Sequence record: PZ445498.1
From: a phage
Length of the DNA: 64,000 nt
Direction: 5' to 3' (one strand)
Shown: positions 35,369 through 45,236 of the stretch, one piece after another
Layout of the letters: each line of letters starts with the position of its first letter
How positions within the stretch are numbered: position 1 is the first letter of the stretch
Position numbers and translations under genes: made by a program
The notes under the pieces: model-generated
What the model saw: the letters and a program-made list of their open reading frames with translations, nothing else
Told to the model about the DNA's origin: nothing
Databases searched by the model: none

Positions 35369-35399
35369 ATGTTTATAGATTGAGGCAAGAGGATTAAAT

Positions 35400-36080
35400 A
35401 TGAGAATTATTAGTAAATGGGCAGATGTATACGATTTGCAGAACAGCTTGTTTGACCCCGATCGTGCTTGGGAGCGTAAAACTGAAGAGCTAACAATAAA
35501 GGCTCCAGATGATGGCAACTACATGATTATGCAAGAACGTATGATTGCTCGTGTTGGTGAAAAGAAAGGCTATTTTAAAATTCTACCGTTTTTCCTAGCA
35601 GGAGAGATTTATTGGATGTACCATATTGATGTATTGGATACTCAAGTAAAAACTTTCAATCTAGACAAAGCATTAGAAGTTTTGAAAGAGAATGGATGGT
35701 CAACGGGATTTTCTCTACTAGATATAAATAGAGGAAAGCCAAAAGAATCTATTCTATCCTGGCAAGAGGAAGTTACCTCTAAAGCTGAAGAGGCCTTAGC
35801 TGAGTTAAGAGTACCTTTAGCGGTTCTAGACTCAGTAGTTCCAAATGATAAAGATAGTAATAAGTATTTCAAGGTTATAACTAACCCACGCCTACATCTA
35901 TCAGGTATTCCGTGGCAGGAAGTTGAAAGCAACTTATACCGATTACACCAGAGAATTGAACAATATATCTGGGGCGTACTTGGAACAGGAGAACCAGATA
36001 TTATTACCATTTCTGATAAAGACCGCCTAGCAGCACATGGATTTGATACGGTTACGTCATTCAGGAATATGAAAAGATGA
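35400..36080 (+). CDS. hypothetical protein
   Basis: 226 aa, promoter 35340-35368 upstream. Confidence 0.55.
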   Translation: MRIISKWADVYDLQNSLFDPDRAWERKTEELTIKAPDDGNYMIMQERMIARVGEKKGYFKILPFFLAGEIYWMYHIDVLDTQVKTFNLDKALEVLKENGWSTGFSLLDINRGKPKESILSWQEEVTSKAEEALAELRVPLAVLDSVVPNDKDSNKYFKVITNPRLHLSGIPWQEVESNLYRLHQRIEQYIWGVLGTGEPDIITISDKDRLAAHGFDTVTSFRNMKR

Positions 36081-36520
36081 TAAAAAACTTTATTAGTTCT
36101 CTATGGCAAGGTAAGTGGTATATCCTGGGAGCTGGTCTTGCGATAGGTATCGGATTCGGTGCTTATCATTTAGTAAATAAGGTCGAAACTTTAGCGGGAG
36201 ATCTTGCAGTTGCGACTAAAAAGATCTCCACTCTAGAGACTTCTCTTAATAAAGTGAAAACTGAGAGTGAACTTCGTGAGACTCGAATGAACCAGTATTT
36301 TACAATGAATAATATTTCGCAAGCAGATCTAGACAAAAAGATTAAGCAGTTAGATAAAGCTCTTAGTCGTCAAGATGTTATTGCTGCAAAGCCTGGATTG
36401 GTAACATTAATTGCTAAAAAGCAGAATAAAGAGTTCGAGGAAAGATTAGCATGTTTAACTGGAAACTTGGAGTACTGCTCGCAGCCGCAATCACAATCAC
36501 AGGCTGTGCAGAAGAAATAA
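36077..36520 (+). CDS. membrane-anchored coiled-coil protein
   Basis: N-terminal TM helix then coiled coil. Confidence 0.5.
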   Translation: MIKNFISSLWQGKWYILGAGLAIGIGFGAYHLVNKVETLAGDLAVATKKISTLETSLNKVKTESELRETRMNQYFTMNNISQADLDKKIKQLDKALSRQDVIAAKPGLVTLIAKKQNKEFEERLACLTGNLEYCSQPQSQSQAVQKK

Positions 36521-36804
36521 AACCGGAGCCATCCCATGAGTTAAAGCAAGCTCATGTAGATTGGCCTAAAGTACTTCAGCCGTGTAGCTTTGATTTCAAA
36601 TTCGAAAAGAAATTAGCTACAAATGGTGAAGATGGCGTAGTAGTTGTTGTACCTTACAAAGATTGGAATGCAAAAGCAAAATGCGAGGAAGCAGTTTACT
36701 CTTACATTTCACGACTGACCGGTATGGTTTGCTTCTATCGTCAAGATTTACAAGAAAAACGTTGCTTAGTTTATTATCCACCCATTACAAATAGGAAAGA
36801 TTAA
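36451..36804 (+). CDS. lipoprotein
   Basis: MFNWKLGVLLAAAITITGC lipobox; overlaps the previous ORF. Confidence 0.45.
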   Translation: MFNWKLGVLLAAAITITGCAEEIKPEPSHELKQAHVDWPKVLQPCSFDFKFEKKLATNGEDGVVVVVPYKDWNAKAKCEEAVYSYISRLTGMVCFYRQDLQEKRCLVYYPPITNRKD

Positions 36805-37556
36805 TGTCAGTATTAGTCGGTTTACATGGTGAGGCTGGTGCGGGAAAAGATACCGTTGCAGAATTAATGATTGACTGGTGTAATGACACGTTCCCAACGT
36901 GTTCATCCCGTCGTTATAGTTTTGCTAAACCCGTTTACGAACTTGCATCCGTAATCCTTGGGGTAACTCCAGAGTTTCTGGGAGAGCGCAGGGGAAAAGA
37001 GATTGACCAATGGTTTACAGTCACACAATCTCAATTGGAGCGAGCTAGAGACGTATGGTTTAAGTATGGTATCGATAAGTTTGAGGACTTCTCGTACGTT
37101 TGGCCGATATTTGAAGGAAAATACCTTGATCCTCAGCAGTTAATTGGGCAAGCTGATGATGCGCTGTATAGCGTATTTATCTCCCCAAGAAAAATGCTAC
37201 AGCTTGTAGGTACTGAGTTAGGAAGGCAGCTGGTGCATGAACGCATTTGGCTCATAATTCTGGAGCAATCCATCGATAAAGACGACCCAGACGTCGCAAT
37301 AGTTACCGATGTGCGTTTCCCCAATGAGGGAGAACTAATCATGGAAACCAATACTCTAGATATGGATTCCATGCTTATTAAGGTTGAATCTGGTATTACT
37401 AATAAGTATCGCATCGAGACAGATCATCCGTCTGAAAGCGGTATTCCTGAAAAATACATTTCTCATAAATTTGAGAATACCTTCAACGGACTTGATGCAC
37501 TTCGTACCGATGTGTACCACTTCTGTGACTTAGAGCTAGAACCACTAGTTGGATAA
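36804..37556 (+). CDS. dnk: deoxynucleoside monophosphate kinase
   Basis: N-terminal P-loop LVGLHGEAGAGKDT as in phage dNMP kinases. Confidence 0.65.
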   Translation: MSVLVGLHGEAGAGKDTVAELMIDWCNDTFPTCSSRRYSFAKPVYELASVILGVTPEFLGERRGKEIDQWFTVTQSQLERARDVWFKYGIDKFEDFSYVWPIFEGKYLDPQQLIGQADDALYSVFISPRKMLQLVGTELGRQLVHERIWLIILEQSIDKDDPDVAIVTDVRFPNEGELIMETNTLDMDSMLIKVESGITNKYRIETDHPSESGIPEKYISHKFENTFNGLDALRTDVYHFCDLELEPLVG

Positions 37557-37568
37557 TTAAGGATCACT

Positions 37569-38168
37569 ATGACTAACAAGAAAGAAGAAAAGACTAACCT
37601 GTTTCACACTGTTCGCCAATCTAATGAGTATACCTTTTTCTTTGACGAAGAGTTAGGCTCACCGGATGAGTATCGTGATCTATCAATGATACTTATGCAG
37701 GCTGGTGAAGATGATGAAATTAATCTGATGATTAATGGGCCTGGTGGTTATGTTGATACTGCTGCACAGCTATCTAACCTAATCGCTAACTGTCGTGGAA
37801 CGGTTATTGGACACCTGCTCGGTCCTAGTGCTTCTGCTTACTGCACAATCTTCCTATCTTGCCACGGTTGGGTTGTACATCCACATGCTACGCTTATGGG
37901 GCATACGTTCTCTGGCGGATTCTGTGAGAAAGGTCAAGAAATCAAGAAAGCCTATGAATCCTACAACCAGTTTGTAGAAGATATGATGCTAGATATTTAC
38001 TTTCCGTTCTTCTCTGTAGACGAAATCGAGGACATGGTAAAAGAGAATAAGAATATCTATCTCAACAGCAAAGAAATCAATAAGCGTATTGAAATTTTGG
38101 CGAATTATCGTAAAGAGCAGTGTAGTAAAGCTCAAGCCCCGCATCCAGAAGAACATGGAGAAGTGTAA
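37569..38168 (+). CDS. ClpP-like serine protease family protein
   Basis: ...INLMINGPGGYVDTAAQ...GPSASAYCTIF...HPHATLMGHTFSGG ClpP-like pattern. Confidence 0.55.
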   Translation: MTNKKEEKTNLFHTVRQSNEYTFFFDEELGSPDEYRDLSMILMQAGEDDEINLMINGPGGYVDTAAQLSNLIANCRGTVIGHLLGPSASAYCTIFLSCHGWVVHPHATLMGHTFSGGFCEKGQEIKKAYESYNQFVEDMMLDIYFPFFSVDEIEDMVKENKNIYLNSKEINKRIEILANYRKEQCSKAQAPHPEEHGEV

Positions 38169-38177
38169 GTAGTTTTA

Positions 38178-38210
38178 AGCCAGAGTTTAACGACTCTGGC
38201 TTTTCTTTTG
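38178..38210 (+). terminator. rho-independent terminator after the ClpP-like gene
   Basis: agccagag ... ctctggct followed by tttctttt. Confidence 0.7.
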
Positions 38211-38271
38211 CCTAAAATTCTTCTTGACAACGACAAAAAATTGTGCTCCAGAAGTGATCTTAAAAAACACA

Positions 38272-38298
38272 TTGTAATTTTACTCTAGAATTAGTATA
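38272..38298 (+). promoter_or_regulatory. promoter upstream of the holin-endolysin cassette
   Basis: ttgtaa-17-tataat. Confidence 0.45.
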
Positions 38299-38324
38299 AT
38301 GGTAGTGGTTAGAGGAGGTTACAA

Positions 38325-38981
38325 GTGGAAAAGTTTATACAACTATTAACGATACTGCTACAAGAAGCGAAAGATCCAGCTTCGCTACTAAAACGTCTGC
38401 TAACTATCTTAGTTGCTGTCATTATTTTCTTGTTTGTAAGTAACACTAGCGAGGTGATGTCATTTTTAAAGACTTTCTCCACGTCTTCGGTTTTACAGGA
38501 TGTTCAAACCCAAAGGATAGATAACTTTCCTAATGTAGCACGAGAAAAGAGTATGATTCTTTTCTCCCAGACTGGTGCGGATGCCGTTTTTGTAGTAAAA
38601 TATAAACCAGATGCTATAAATGATTATTCAAACATTATTGCATGGGAAAGCAATGCGCAATTGGATAGGGCTGACTTGGCCGATAAAGCAGTAAATAAGA
38701 CGTCTGAACTTTATAGACGTCACCTGGAAGGCTTTAACTACGCTGCGGATTTAAGTGTAAAAGTAAATAAATATACTGGGTCAAATATACCAGCATTTAA
38801 GAACATTACTTTTAATTACGTCTACACTTGTCCATATTTCAACCTAAATAATATCTATGCTGGATACATAGGTATTGCATGGAAGGATAAACCCGTAGAT
38901 ACAGCTGATTCGGAACAATTTAATGAGTACTTAGCAAAGCTCTGTTCCCCACAACGGAGATCATTAGGTAGATCTATATGA
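38325..38981 (+). CDS. holin (putative)
   Basis: 218 aa with an N-terminal TM helix, immediately upstream of and overlapping the endolysin gene. Confidence 0.55.
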   Translation: MEKFIQLLTILLQEAKDPASLLKRLLTILVAVIIFLFVSNTSEVMSFLKTFSTSSVLQDVQTQRIDNFPNVAREKSMILFSQTGADAVFVVKYKPDAINDYSNIIAWESNAQLDRADLADKAVNKTSELYRRHLEGFNYAADLSVKVNKYTGSNIPAFKNITFNYVYTCPYFNLNNIYAGYIGIAWKDKPVDTADSEQFNEYLAKLCSPQRRSLGRSI

Positions 38982-39391
38982 GTTTTAAATTTGGTAAAAA
39001 TAGCGAAAAACAATTAGCAACTGTTAAGCCCGAGCTACAAAAGGTAGCTCGTAGGGCTTTAGAATTATCTCCATATGATTTCACAATCGTACAGGGTATT
39101 CGTACAGTAGCACAAAGTGCCCAAAACATTGCTAATGGTACTTCATTTTTGAAAGACCCTAGCAAGAGTAAGCATGTAACTGGAGACGCTATCGATTTTG
39201 CACCATATATTAATGGAAAGATTGATTGGAAAGATCTGGAAGCATTTTGGGCTGTTAAGAAGGCTTTTGAACAAGCTGGTAAGGAACTTGGTATCAAACT
39301 TCGTTTTGGTGCCGACTGGAATAGTTCTGGTGATTATCATGATGAGATCGATCGTGGTACTTACGACGGTGGTCACGTAGAATTAGCCTGA
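38978..39391 (+). CDS. endolysin, L-alanyl-D-glutamate peptidase (M15 family)
   Basis: 137 aa; SKHVTGDAIDF and DGGHVEL Zn-ligand motifs; N-terminus MSFKFGKNSEKQL matches my recollection of the T5 endolysin. Confidence 0.8.
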   Translation: MSFKFGKNSEKQLATVKPELQKVARRALELSPYDFTIVQGIRTVAQSAQNIANGTSFLKDPSKSKHVTGDAIDFAPYINGKIDWKDLEAFWAVKKAFEQAGKELGIKLRFGADWNSSGDYHDEIDRGTYDGGHVELA

Positions 39392-39402
39392 TAATAAATC
39401 AA

Positions 39403-39424
39403 GGCGGGAGTTACCCCGCCTTTT
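39403..39424 (+). terminator. rho-independent terminator after the endolysin gene
   Basis: ggcggg-agtta-cccgcc followed by tttt. Confidence 0.7.
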
Positions 39425-39466
39425 AAAGCAAAGGGGGCTTTAAAAACTTAATGATAGGAGAAAGCC

Positions 39467-39883
39467 ATGTTTGCAGAACTATTCACCATGATGTTACTAG
39501 GAATATGGAAGATAAGCCTAGTAGTTTTCATTTTAATGATAATTCTTACGGTTGTCGCACTAGTTACCCAAAATGACACATTAAAGAAAGTCGTTCATGG
39601 GCTAGAGTATATAATTATGGGCACATTCGGCGTTTGCAAATGCAACTGCCAGAGAAATACGAAATATTGTTGGCTTTGGATGGAGTTAGAGAACTGCATC
39701 ACAGTAGCCCTGGCTGTCTCATTCGGTATGATTCTTATGGCCCTTACTCTAGCATTGATACCACTGATGTTAGCTGGGGGAGTCACGGCTTATTTCACCC
39801 TTTTCTCCCCTATACTTATGTATTCAATATATCCAATAACAATGTACTTAGTTAGGAAGAGATTCCCACATCAAGCACATTAA
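39467..39883 (+). CDS. hypothetical multi-pass membrane protein
   Basis: 138 aa, several TM helices, follows the lysis genes. Confidence 0.5.
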   Translation: MFAELFTMMLLGIWKISLVVFILMIILTVVALVTQNDTLKKVVHGLEYIIMGTFGVCKCNCQRNTKYCWLWMELENCITVALAVSFGMILMALTLALIPLMLAGGVTAYFTLFSPILMYSIYPITMYLVRKRFPHQAH

Positions 39884-39896
39884 TATAAAAAAGTGT

Positions 39897-39925
39897 TTGA
39901 CTTTCCGCTGAAATTTTTATATAAT
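39897..39925 (+). promoter_or_regulatory. early promoter
   Basis: ttgact-17-tataat. Confidence 0.6.
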
Positions 39926-39958
39926 ATTTGTATAAATTGAATCAGAGGAGTTTCACAA

Positions 39959-40366
39959 ATGTCAGATCGTTACTATACTCAGATGGCTAACCATTACAAT
40001 ATGGCTCCGTATGAATTGAACATCGCATTACGTGACCTCGATTCACCAGAGCGTGCAAAACTTGATAAAAAGGCGGGAATTCGTATGTCTAGCAAGGGCA
40101 AGAAACTTACTCGTATTGACTTAAATACCATGCTAATGGAAGAGCTTGGCGTGAATATTGAAGGTCAGAAGTTGCCTCTCAATGTTCTTGAAACGATGCT
40201 GGATAAAGTCAAAAAGAAAACCTATAAGAAAGTACAAGTACCGGAAGGCAGGCTAAAAGCCCCTTATCAGGCTGCTGTATCTGAGTGCTTAGGTGCTACC
40301 TTAGATCTTAGCACTGCAACTGTTAAAGTGATGCGTGCGTTTTTAGAGGCAGTTAATAAATTGTGA
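39959..40366 (+). CDS. hypothetical protein
   Basis: 135 aa, promoter 39897-39925. Confidence 0.5.
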   Translation: MSDRYYTQMANHYNMAPYELNIALRDLDSPERAKLDKKAGIRMSSKGKKLTRIDLNTMLMEELGVNIEGQKLPLNVLETMLDKVKKKTYKKVQVPEGRLKAPYQAAVSECLGATLDLSTATVKVMRAFLEAVNKL

Positions 40367-40890
40367 TTACCCAAGAAAGATTGAAGGAGCTTCTAGAGTA
40401 CAATCCAGATACAGGGATATTTATATGGAAGAGCCGAAAGATAGATAGAAGTGGTTTTAACAAGCAATTCGCAGGAAAAGTTGCTGGCAATCCTCAAAAT
40501 AACGGTTATATCAATATTACTGTTGATTCCGAAGTTCATGGGGCACATAGATTAGCTTTTCTTTACATGGAAGGCTATATGCCTGCAAGGGTAGACCACG
40601 AAAACATGGTTAGGTCTGATAACAAATGGCTTAACCTACGAGAAGCTACAGTCTCTCAAAATGGTGCTAATGCGTTAAAGTATTCGAATAATAGTTCTGG
40701 ATATAAGAACGTATACTGGACAAAGAAAACGTGTAAATGGCAAGTACAGGTTATGAAAGATGGTAAATCCTACTCGGGAGGATACTTCACAAACCTCAAA
40801 GATGCTGTAGAAACTGCCAATGAGTTAAGATTTGAATTATTTGGGGAATTTGCCCTATATGAACCATTTAAAGGAGATAAACATGAGTAA
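40363..40890 (+). CDS. HNH homing endonuclease
   Basis: VDHENMVRSDNKWLNLREA HNH core, same family as ORFs 6920 and 21918. Confidence 0.7.
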   Translation: MITQERLKELLEYNPDTGIFIWKSRKIDRSGFNKQFAGKVAGNPQNNGYINITVDSEVHGAHRLAFLYMEGYMPARVDHENMVRSDNKWLNLREATVSQNGANALKYSNNSSGYKNVYWTKKTCKWQVQVMKDGKSYSGGYFTNLKDAVETANELRFELFGEFALYEPFKGDKHE

Positions 40891-41173
40891 ATTAGTATAT
40901 CTATTAAAGGGATCTACCTGCAATCCTTGTAAACTTTTCGAGCCTGTATTCGATAAAGTAGTACAGGACTACAGTCTAGAAGTTCATAAAGAGACTGATA
41001 ATACAGAACTTATGCAGAAATTTGGCGTTCGTCAGGTTCCTGTAGTAGTTTTAGCAGATCGTCTCCCGAATGGTCGTGTGGAAGCCAACCACATTCTGAT
41101 TGGTCGTCAACTTCGTAAAGAAACTATGCATGACGCAATCAAAAACTTCCTGGAAGATAATCCAGAAGATTAA
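40883..41173 (+). CDS. thioredoxin/glutaredoxin-like protein
   Basis: CNPC (CxxC) active-site motif near the N-terminus; start at ATG after aaggag. Confidence 0.55.
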   Translation: MSKLVYLLKGSTCNPCKLFEPVFDKVVQDYSLEVHKETDNTELMQKFGVRQVPVVVLADRLPNGRVEANHILIGRQLRKETMHDAIKNFLEDNPED

Positions 41174-41181
41174 TAAATCTA

Positions 41182-41212
41182 ACCCAGATCTTAGCTGATC
41201 TGGGTTTTTCTT
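41182..41212 (+). terminator. rho-independent terminator
   Basis: cccagatc ... gatctggg followed by tttttc. Confidence 0.7.
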
Positions 41213-41215
41213 TAT

Positions 41216-41244
41216 TTGCCAAACGCCTAAAATTTTGATATAAT
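41216..41244 (+). promoter_or_regulatory. early promoter
   Basis: ttgcca-17-tataat, follows terminator 41182-41212. Confidence 0.6.
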
Positions 41245-41275
41245 ATATTTATAAATTGATGAGAGGAGTATCACA

Positions 41276-41656
41276 TTGAATTACGCATATCTTATAATAC
41301 ATAATAACGTGGTCTGTGGTACTCGTGCTGTAGAAATGGGAATCACAGAAGAAAAATATAAGTCACTGCCTGAAAAGGAGCAAGAATATTATGTTGAGCA
41401 AGCTGCTTGGGAATATGCTGAGGCTTATCCCGAAGAACGTGAAGGCCGTGTTACTATTGTTGTTACTTTGGGGCTGGTGGGCTGTGATACCGAAGTTGAT
41501 ACAGATATAGAAACACTTGAAGAATGGGAAGAGTTGGATATTGCAGAACAAAATGCTATCATCCATCAATCTTTCTGGGAAGCAGTAGACTGTCACGTTG
41601 TCTTTGAGCCAAACGATACAGAAGCTGAAAAACACACTAATTGGATGACTCGATAA
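41276..41656 (+). CDS. hypothetical acidic protein
   Basis: 126 aa; start codon TTG per track. Confidence 0.45.
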   Translation: MNYAYLIIHNNVVCGTRAVEMGITEEKYKSLPEKEQEYYVEQAAWEYAEAYPEEREGRVTIVVTLGLVGCDTEVDTDIETLEEWEELDIAEQNAIIHQSFWEAVDCHVVFEPNDTEAEKHTNWMTR

Positions 41657-42519
41657 TGAAAAAAGAATTTAACCTGCACGAAATGTTAGTAGTACCAGAC
41701 GATGTTAACCTGTTCTTCGTAGGAGATATTCACGGCTGTAATGATATGCTGGAAGATGCTCTTAAACTAGCAGGATATAAAGAAAAGCGTGACTATGTTG
41801 TCTGTGTTGGCGACTTAATTGACCGTGGCCCGCAGAACTTACAGGTTCTAGCCAAATTCTTATATAACCCACGCTTCCGTAGCGTTCGTGGCAATCATGA
41901 TCAGTTTATGATTGCCGGGGATTATGCCAACTGGATGTATAATGGTGGAATGTGGGCAATGAATGATCTGGATACCAATACAATTAAAGGTATCGCAGAA
42001 GATATGGCAGTTAAAATGCCAGTATTCATGACTGTACTCCATCGTGGCATGAAATACGGTGTTGTTCATGGTGGAATACCCTTCCAGTATAAAGATGCGG
42101 GATTCGATGTACATACACCTAATTGGGACGATATTATCGATCATATCGCTGCAAGTGAAAATGATCCTAATGATCATCCTAGTTATTACATTGAGCCATA
42201 TCTATTGGATCGTGATGTAATTCAGGAAATTGGTTTTCATCTGTCTAAGCAAGGTGCAGAGCACCCCTATTTCCAGCGTTATGCAGGATTTAAAGATGAA
42301 TTGACTGTGGAAGTACCAGAAGTTGAGAGTGTGGATTTCGTATTCCACGGACACACTGGTGTTCCTTACCCAATTCTGTACAAGAACCGTGTTTATCTCG
42401 ATACTGGCGGTGTTTTCAACGGGCAGTTGACGGTTGCGCAAGTTAATGATGAAGCCGGTAAGATCATGACATTTACCACAGATAAAAATGATAGCTGTGG
42501 TGTACAGAGGATTCTGTAA
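41656..42519 (+). CDS. Ser/Thr protein phosphatase (calcineurin-like metallophosphatase)
   Basis: GDIHGC, GDLIDRG and RGNHD motifs. Confidence 0.75.
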   Translation: MKKEFNLHEMLVVPDDVNLFFVGDIHGCNDMLEDALKLAGYKEKRDYVVCVGDLIDRGPQNLQVLAKFLYNPRFRSVRGNHDQFMIAGDYANWMYNGGMWAMNDLDTNTIKGIAEDMAVKMPVFMTVLHRGMKYGVVHGGIPFQYKDAGFDVHTPNWDDIIDHIAASENDPNDHPSYYIEPYLLDRDVIQEIGFHLSKQGAEHPYFQRYAGFKDELTVEVPEVESVDFVFHGHTGVPYPILYKNRVYLDTGGVFNGQLTVAQVNDEAGKIMTFTTDKNDSCGVQRIL

Positions 42520-42803
42520 TGGAAAAACCTATTATACCAACAATTACTAAGTATTGTAACTTTGAGTCTCTAGGCTGGGCTGGCTTTATTGATGTTGAGG
42601 GGATACGATCTATATCCCCCGCATTTGAAGAAGATAATAGGCTCTTTATTATTATCTCGTATGAGAAGGGAGAACCAGTAAAACTTTACGCTAAAACACT
42701 AGAGAATGCTAACGATTTAGCCAAACATATCTTTAATCATATGAATGAATTTAAAGATAAGTGGAATCGCTATCAATATGAGCACCATATGTATTGGTTA
42801 TAA
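42519..42803 (+). CDS. hypothetical protein
   Basis: 94 aa. Confidence 0.5.
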   Translation: MEKPIIPTITKYCNFESLGWAGFIDVEGIRSISPAFEEDNRLFIIISYEKGEPVKLYAKTLENANDLAKHIFNHMNEFKDKWNRYQYEHHMYWL

Positions 42804-42819
42804 CTAAAAAGAGGTATTA

Positions 42820-43026
42820 ATGAAAAAGCTGGTATTCTTATCTACATTGCTGTTAGCTGGATGTGATTCCTACGACGATAATATGAGATTTACTGCAGAA
42901 GATACAAAACACTTATGTGATGTAGCTGGAGGTGAGCTAGATTATTCCAGTATTCAAATTGGACTCACAAAAGGTATATTCTACGATAGTTATACTATTA
43001 CATCCACATGTGTAAGGGATAAATAA
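42820..43026 (+). CDS. small lipoprotein
   Basis: MKKLVFLSTLLLAGC lipobox. Confidence 0.5.
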   Translation: MKKLVFLSTLLLAGCDSYDDNMRFTAEDTKHLCDVAGGELDYSSIQIGLTKGIFYDSYTITSTCVRDK

Positions 43027-43616
43027 TGAAAGTTAAATTCTGGTCGGATTTGCACTTAGACCACCCTGGAACTCTTCGCTTCCGTCCGTGGTTTAAGAAT
43101 ATGAAAGAACATGATGAATATATCCTAGATACTTTGTCCAAGCACATTGGCAAGCGTATTAAGCTCGTCTTGCTAGGGGATATTGCCGTGGGGCGTGAAG
43201 GGTTGGCTAAATTAAAGTCGGTTATCCACAATGTGCCTAACCAGTTAATCATGGGCAACCACGATGCTGAACGTCAGGGTCTGCGTATTAAAGATCTTGT
43301 AGACGTTTATGATGATATTCAGGCTCTAGGTAAGCAAACAGGTGGTGGCAAGAAGTTTTGGCTGTCACATTGTCCATTGCACGAAGCAGAACTTCGTGGT
43401 AGGCTAAACATTCACGGACATGTGCACACTAATTCTGTGCGTGACCCACGTTATATCAACGTCTCTTTTGAGATGAGCAAGACTCCTATTCCTCTAGAGG
43501 ATATTGTGTCTGGCAAATTCACAAGCTATGATAAAGTGGTTAACTGCACTACTGGTGAAGTACTCCAAATCGATGAAGATGTGGCAGCGGTATTGAGTGG
43601 AGATATCAATGTTTGA
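43026..43616 (+). CDS. calcineurin-like metallophosphoesterase
   Basis: DLHLDH, LGDIAVG, MGNHD and HGHVH motifs. Confidence 0.6.
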   Translation: MKVKFWSDLHLDHPGTLRFRPWFKNMKEHDEYILDTLSKHIGKRIKLVLLGDIAVGREGLAKLKSVIHNVPNQLIMGNHDAERQGLRIKDLVDVYDDIQALGKQTGGGKKFWLSHCPLHEAELRGRLNIHGHVHTNSVRDPRYINVSFEMSKTPIPLEDIVSGKFTSYDKVVNCTTGEVLQIDEDVAAVLSGDINV

Positions 43617-43683
43617 TTTTGATGGAATGACTCGTGATATAGTTATAACAGCAGCAATAATTGTTGTTGTTTCTTTCTTACTT

Positions 43684-43708
43684 GGCCTAGGCTTAGGCCT
43701 TTTATTTT
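43684..43708 (+). terminator. rho-independent terminator
   Basis: ggcctag ... taggcc followed by ttttatttt. Confidence 0.65.
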
Positions 43709-43718
43709 AAAACTTCAT

Positions 43719-43747
43719 TTGCTAAAACTCTTAGTTTTCTGTATAAT
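43719..43747 (+). promoter_or_regulatory. early promoter
   Basis: ttgcta-17-tataat, follows terminator 43684-43708. Confidence 0.65.
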
Positions 43748-43777
43748 TACTTTATAAATTGATGAGAAGGAATCAAA

Positions 43778-44209
43778 ATGCAAAAGATTGATAAAGCACT
43801 CTTAATCGCAACAGCTGATAAGTTTGAGCAAGTTAAAGCTACTTTTAAGGCAGTCTTTCAGTCCTATGTTCAAGACAAATCGAACCCTATTTCTGAGCGT
43901 TTGATGATGTGGGAATGTTTTGCTTGCAATGCTCTGCTAATTTCCGATTATAAGGGAGAAGTATCTGAGGAATTGCATGAGATCTTTATTAATGAGGATA
44001 CTCCACGCTATCAGTTAGTGAACTTCCAAGATTTAGCTGAGCAAGTTATTCCTGATGATCTTTGGGACAAGTATTACGGTGATCCTGAAGAAGATGGTAT
44101 GGAACCTGAGAAGTGCATCGAACTGATCTGTAAGGATCATCCTGAAATTGCTGAGAAATTTGAGTTAGTATTTGCTTCTGAGTTCTCAGGTTTCGTTAAC
44201 GATTGGTAA
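43778..44209 (+). CDS. hypothetical acidic protein
   Basis: 143 aa. Confidence 0.5.
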   Translation: MQKIDKALLIATADKFEQVKATFKAVFQSYVQDKSNPISERLMMWECFACNALLISDYKGEVSEELHEIFINEDTPRYQLVNFQDLAEQVIPDDLWDKYYGDPEEDGMEPEKCIELICKDHPEIAEKFELVFASEFSGFVNDW

Positions 44210-44226
44210 GTAAATAAAAAATTCAG

Positions 44227-44255
44227 TTGCTTTTAGCTTTAAAATTCTGTATAAT
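44227..44255 (+). promoter_or_regulatory. early promoter
   Basis: ttgctt-17-tataat. Confidence 0.65.
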
Positions 44256-44269
44256 AAGTTCATAAATTA

Positions 44270-44539
44270 ATGAGAGAGGAAATTCTAATGGAAAACATGA
44301 CTAAAACTGAAATGGCTAACGTTCTGGCAATTCTCCTCGATATGCAGGGTTTTGAAGGTCAGCTCATGAAGATGTCTATTCCGGCAATGAAAAAGATGTA
44401 CGATTCTCTGAATAAGAATGCTATGGCATTCAACCTCGCAAAACAGGAAGCACGTTTTGCGAAAGAGCATCAAGCAACTGCCGAACGTCGTGCAGCATCT
44501 TTTGAGCGTGAAGTTAAGCAACTAAAAGGTAAGAAATAA
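44270..44539 (+). CDS. hypothetical protein
   Basis: Start is either the leader ATG (44270) or ATG 44288. Confidence 0.5.
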   Translation: MREEILMENMTKTEMANVLAILLDMQGFEGQLMKMSIPAMKKMYDSLNKNAMAFNLAKQEARFAKEHQATAERRAASFEREVKQLKGKK

Positions 44540-44958
44540 TGACTAACGGAAAATTCTTACTTGTACTAGGGCTGAATGCCCTAGTTTCCCTGGCTATCAC
44601 GCTTGGTGTTACCGATTTCACGCTCAACCAGCGTGATAAAGTTGACGAAGACGCACCAGTATCAATTTCAGTAACTGAATATATCTATCCAGAAGTTAAA
44701 GAAAGGGCAGAACGTAATAAAGTGCTCGCAGAAGCAGAAGTTATACGCCAACAAGCTAATCTAGACGAAGCTCTTTCAAAATATTCCGGCGTAGAGGTTT
44801 TTGATGCGTATAAGCTAAATGATATTATTGAAGCAAAACTTCAAATTGAAGAAGGTAAACGCTTTTGTAACGCAAGTGGTGCATCCCTAGTAAAGATTAA
44901 ATTTTACCAAATGACAAGCCCCTACATTAAATGTAGTAATGGAGTAATAGATAAATGA
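44539..44958 (+). CDS. hypothetical secreted/membrane protein
   Basis: 139 aa, hydrophobic N-terminus. Confidence 0.5.
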   Translation: MTNGKFLLVLGLNALVSLAITLGVTDFTLNQRDKVDEDAPVSISVTEYIYPEVKERAERNKVLAEAEVIRQQANLDEALSKYSGVEVFDAYKLNDIIEAKLQIEEGKRFCNASGASLVKIKFYQMTSPYIKCSNGVIDK

Positions 44959-45236
44959 TAACGGAAATTCTAATTGGATTGCTAGTAATTACAACAATAG
45001 CAGCAATCGGTGGTATAATTGGCATCATTAATGCTAGTAAAAATATGGAAGCTATGAAGCTTACCAACGAAGGCTTACACAAACGTCTGGTCGAGCAAGA
45101 AGAAGCTATTGAAATGGCTCAACGTAGATCAGATATTCTTAAAGATAAACTGACAACTATCGAATCAATAGCAGGGAATACGAAATTGCCTCCTAAAATC
45201 CTTCGTTCCCAGATAATTACGGAGATTAAGAAATGA
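44955..45236 (+). CDS. hypothetical membrane protein
   Basis: 93 aa, N-terminal TM helix. Confidence 0.5.
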   Translation: MITEILIGLLVITTIAAIGGIIGIINASKNMEAMKLTNEGLHKRLVEQEEAIEMAQRRSDILKDKLTTIESIAGNTKLPPKILRSQIITEIKK

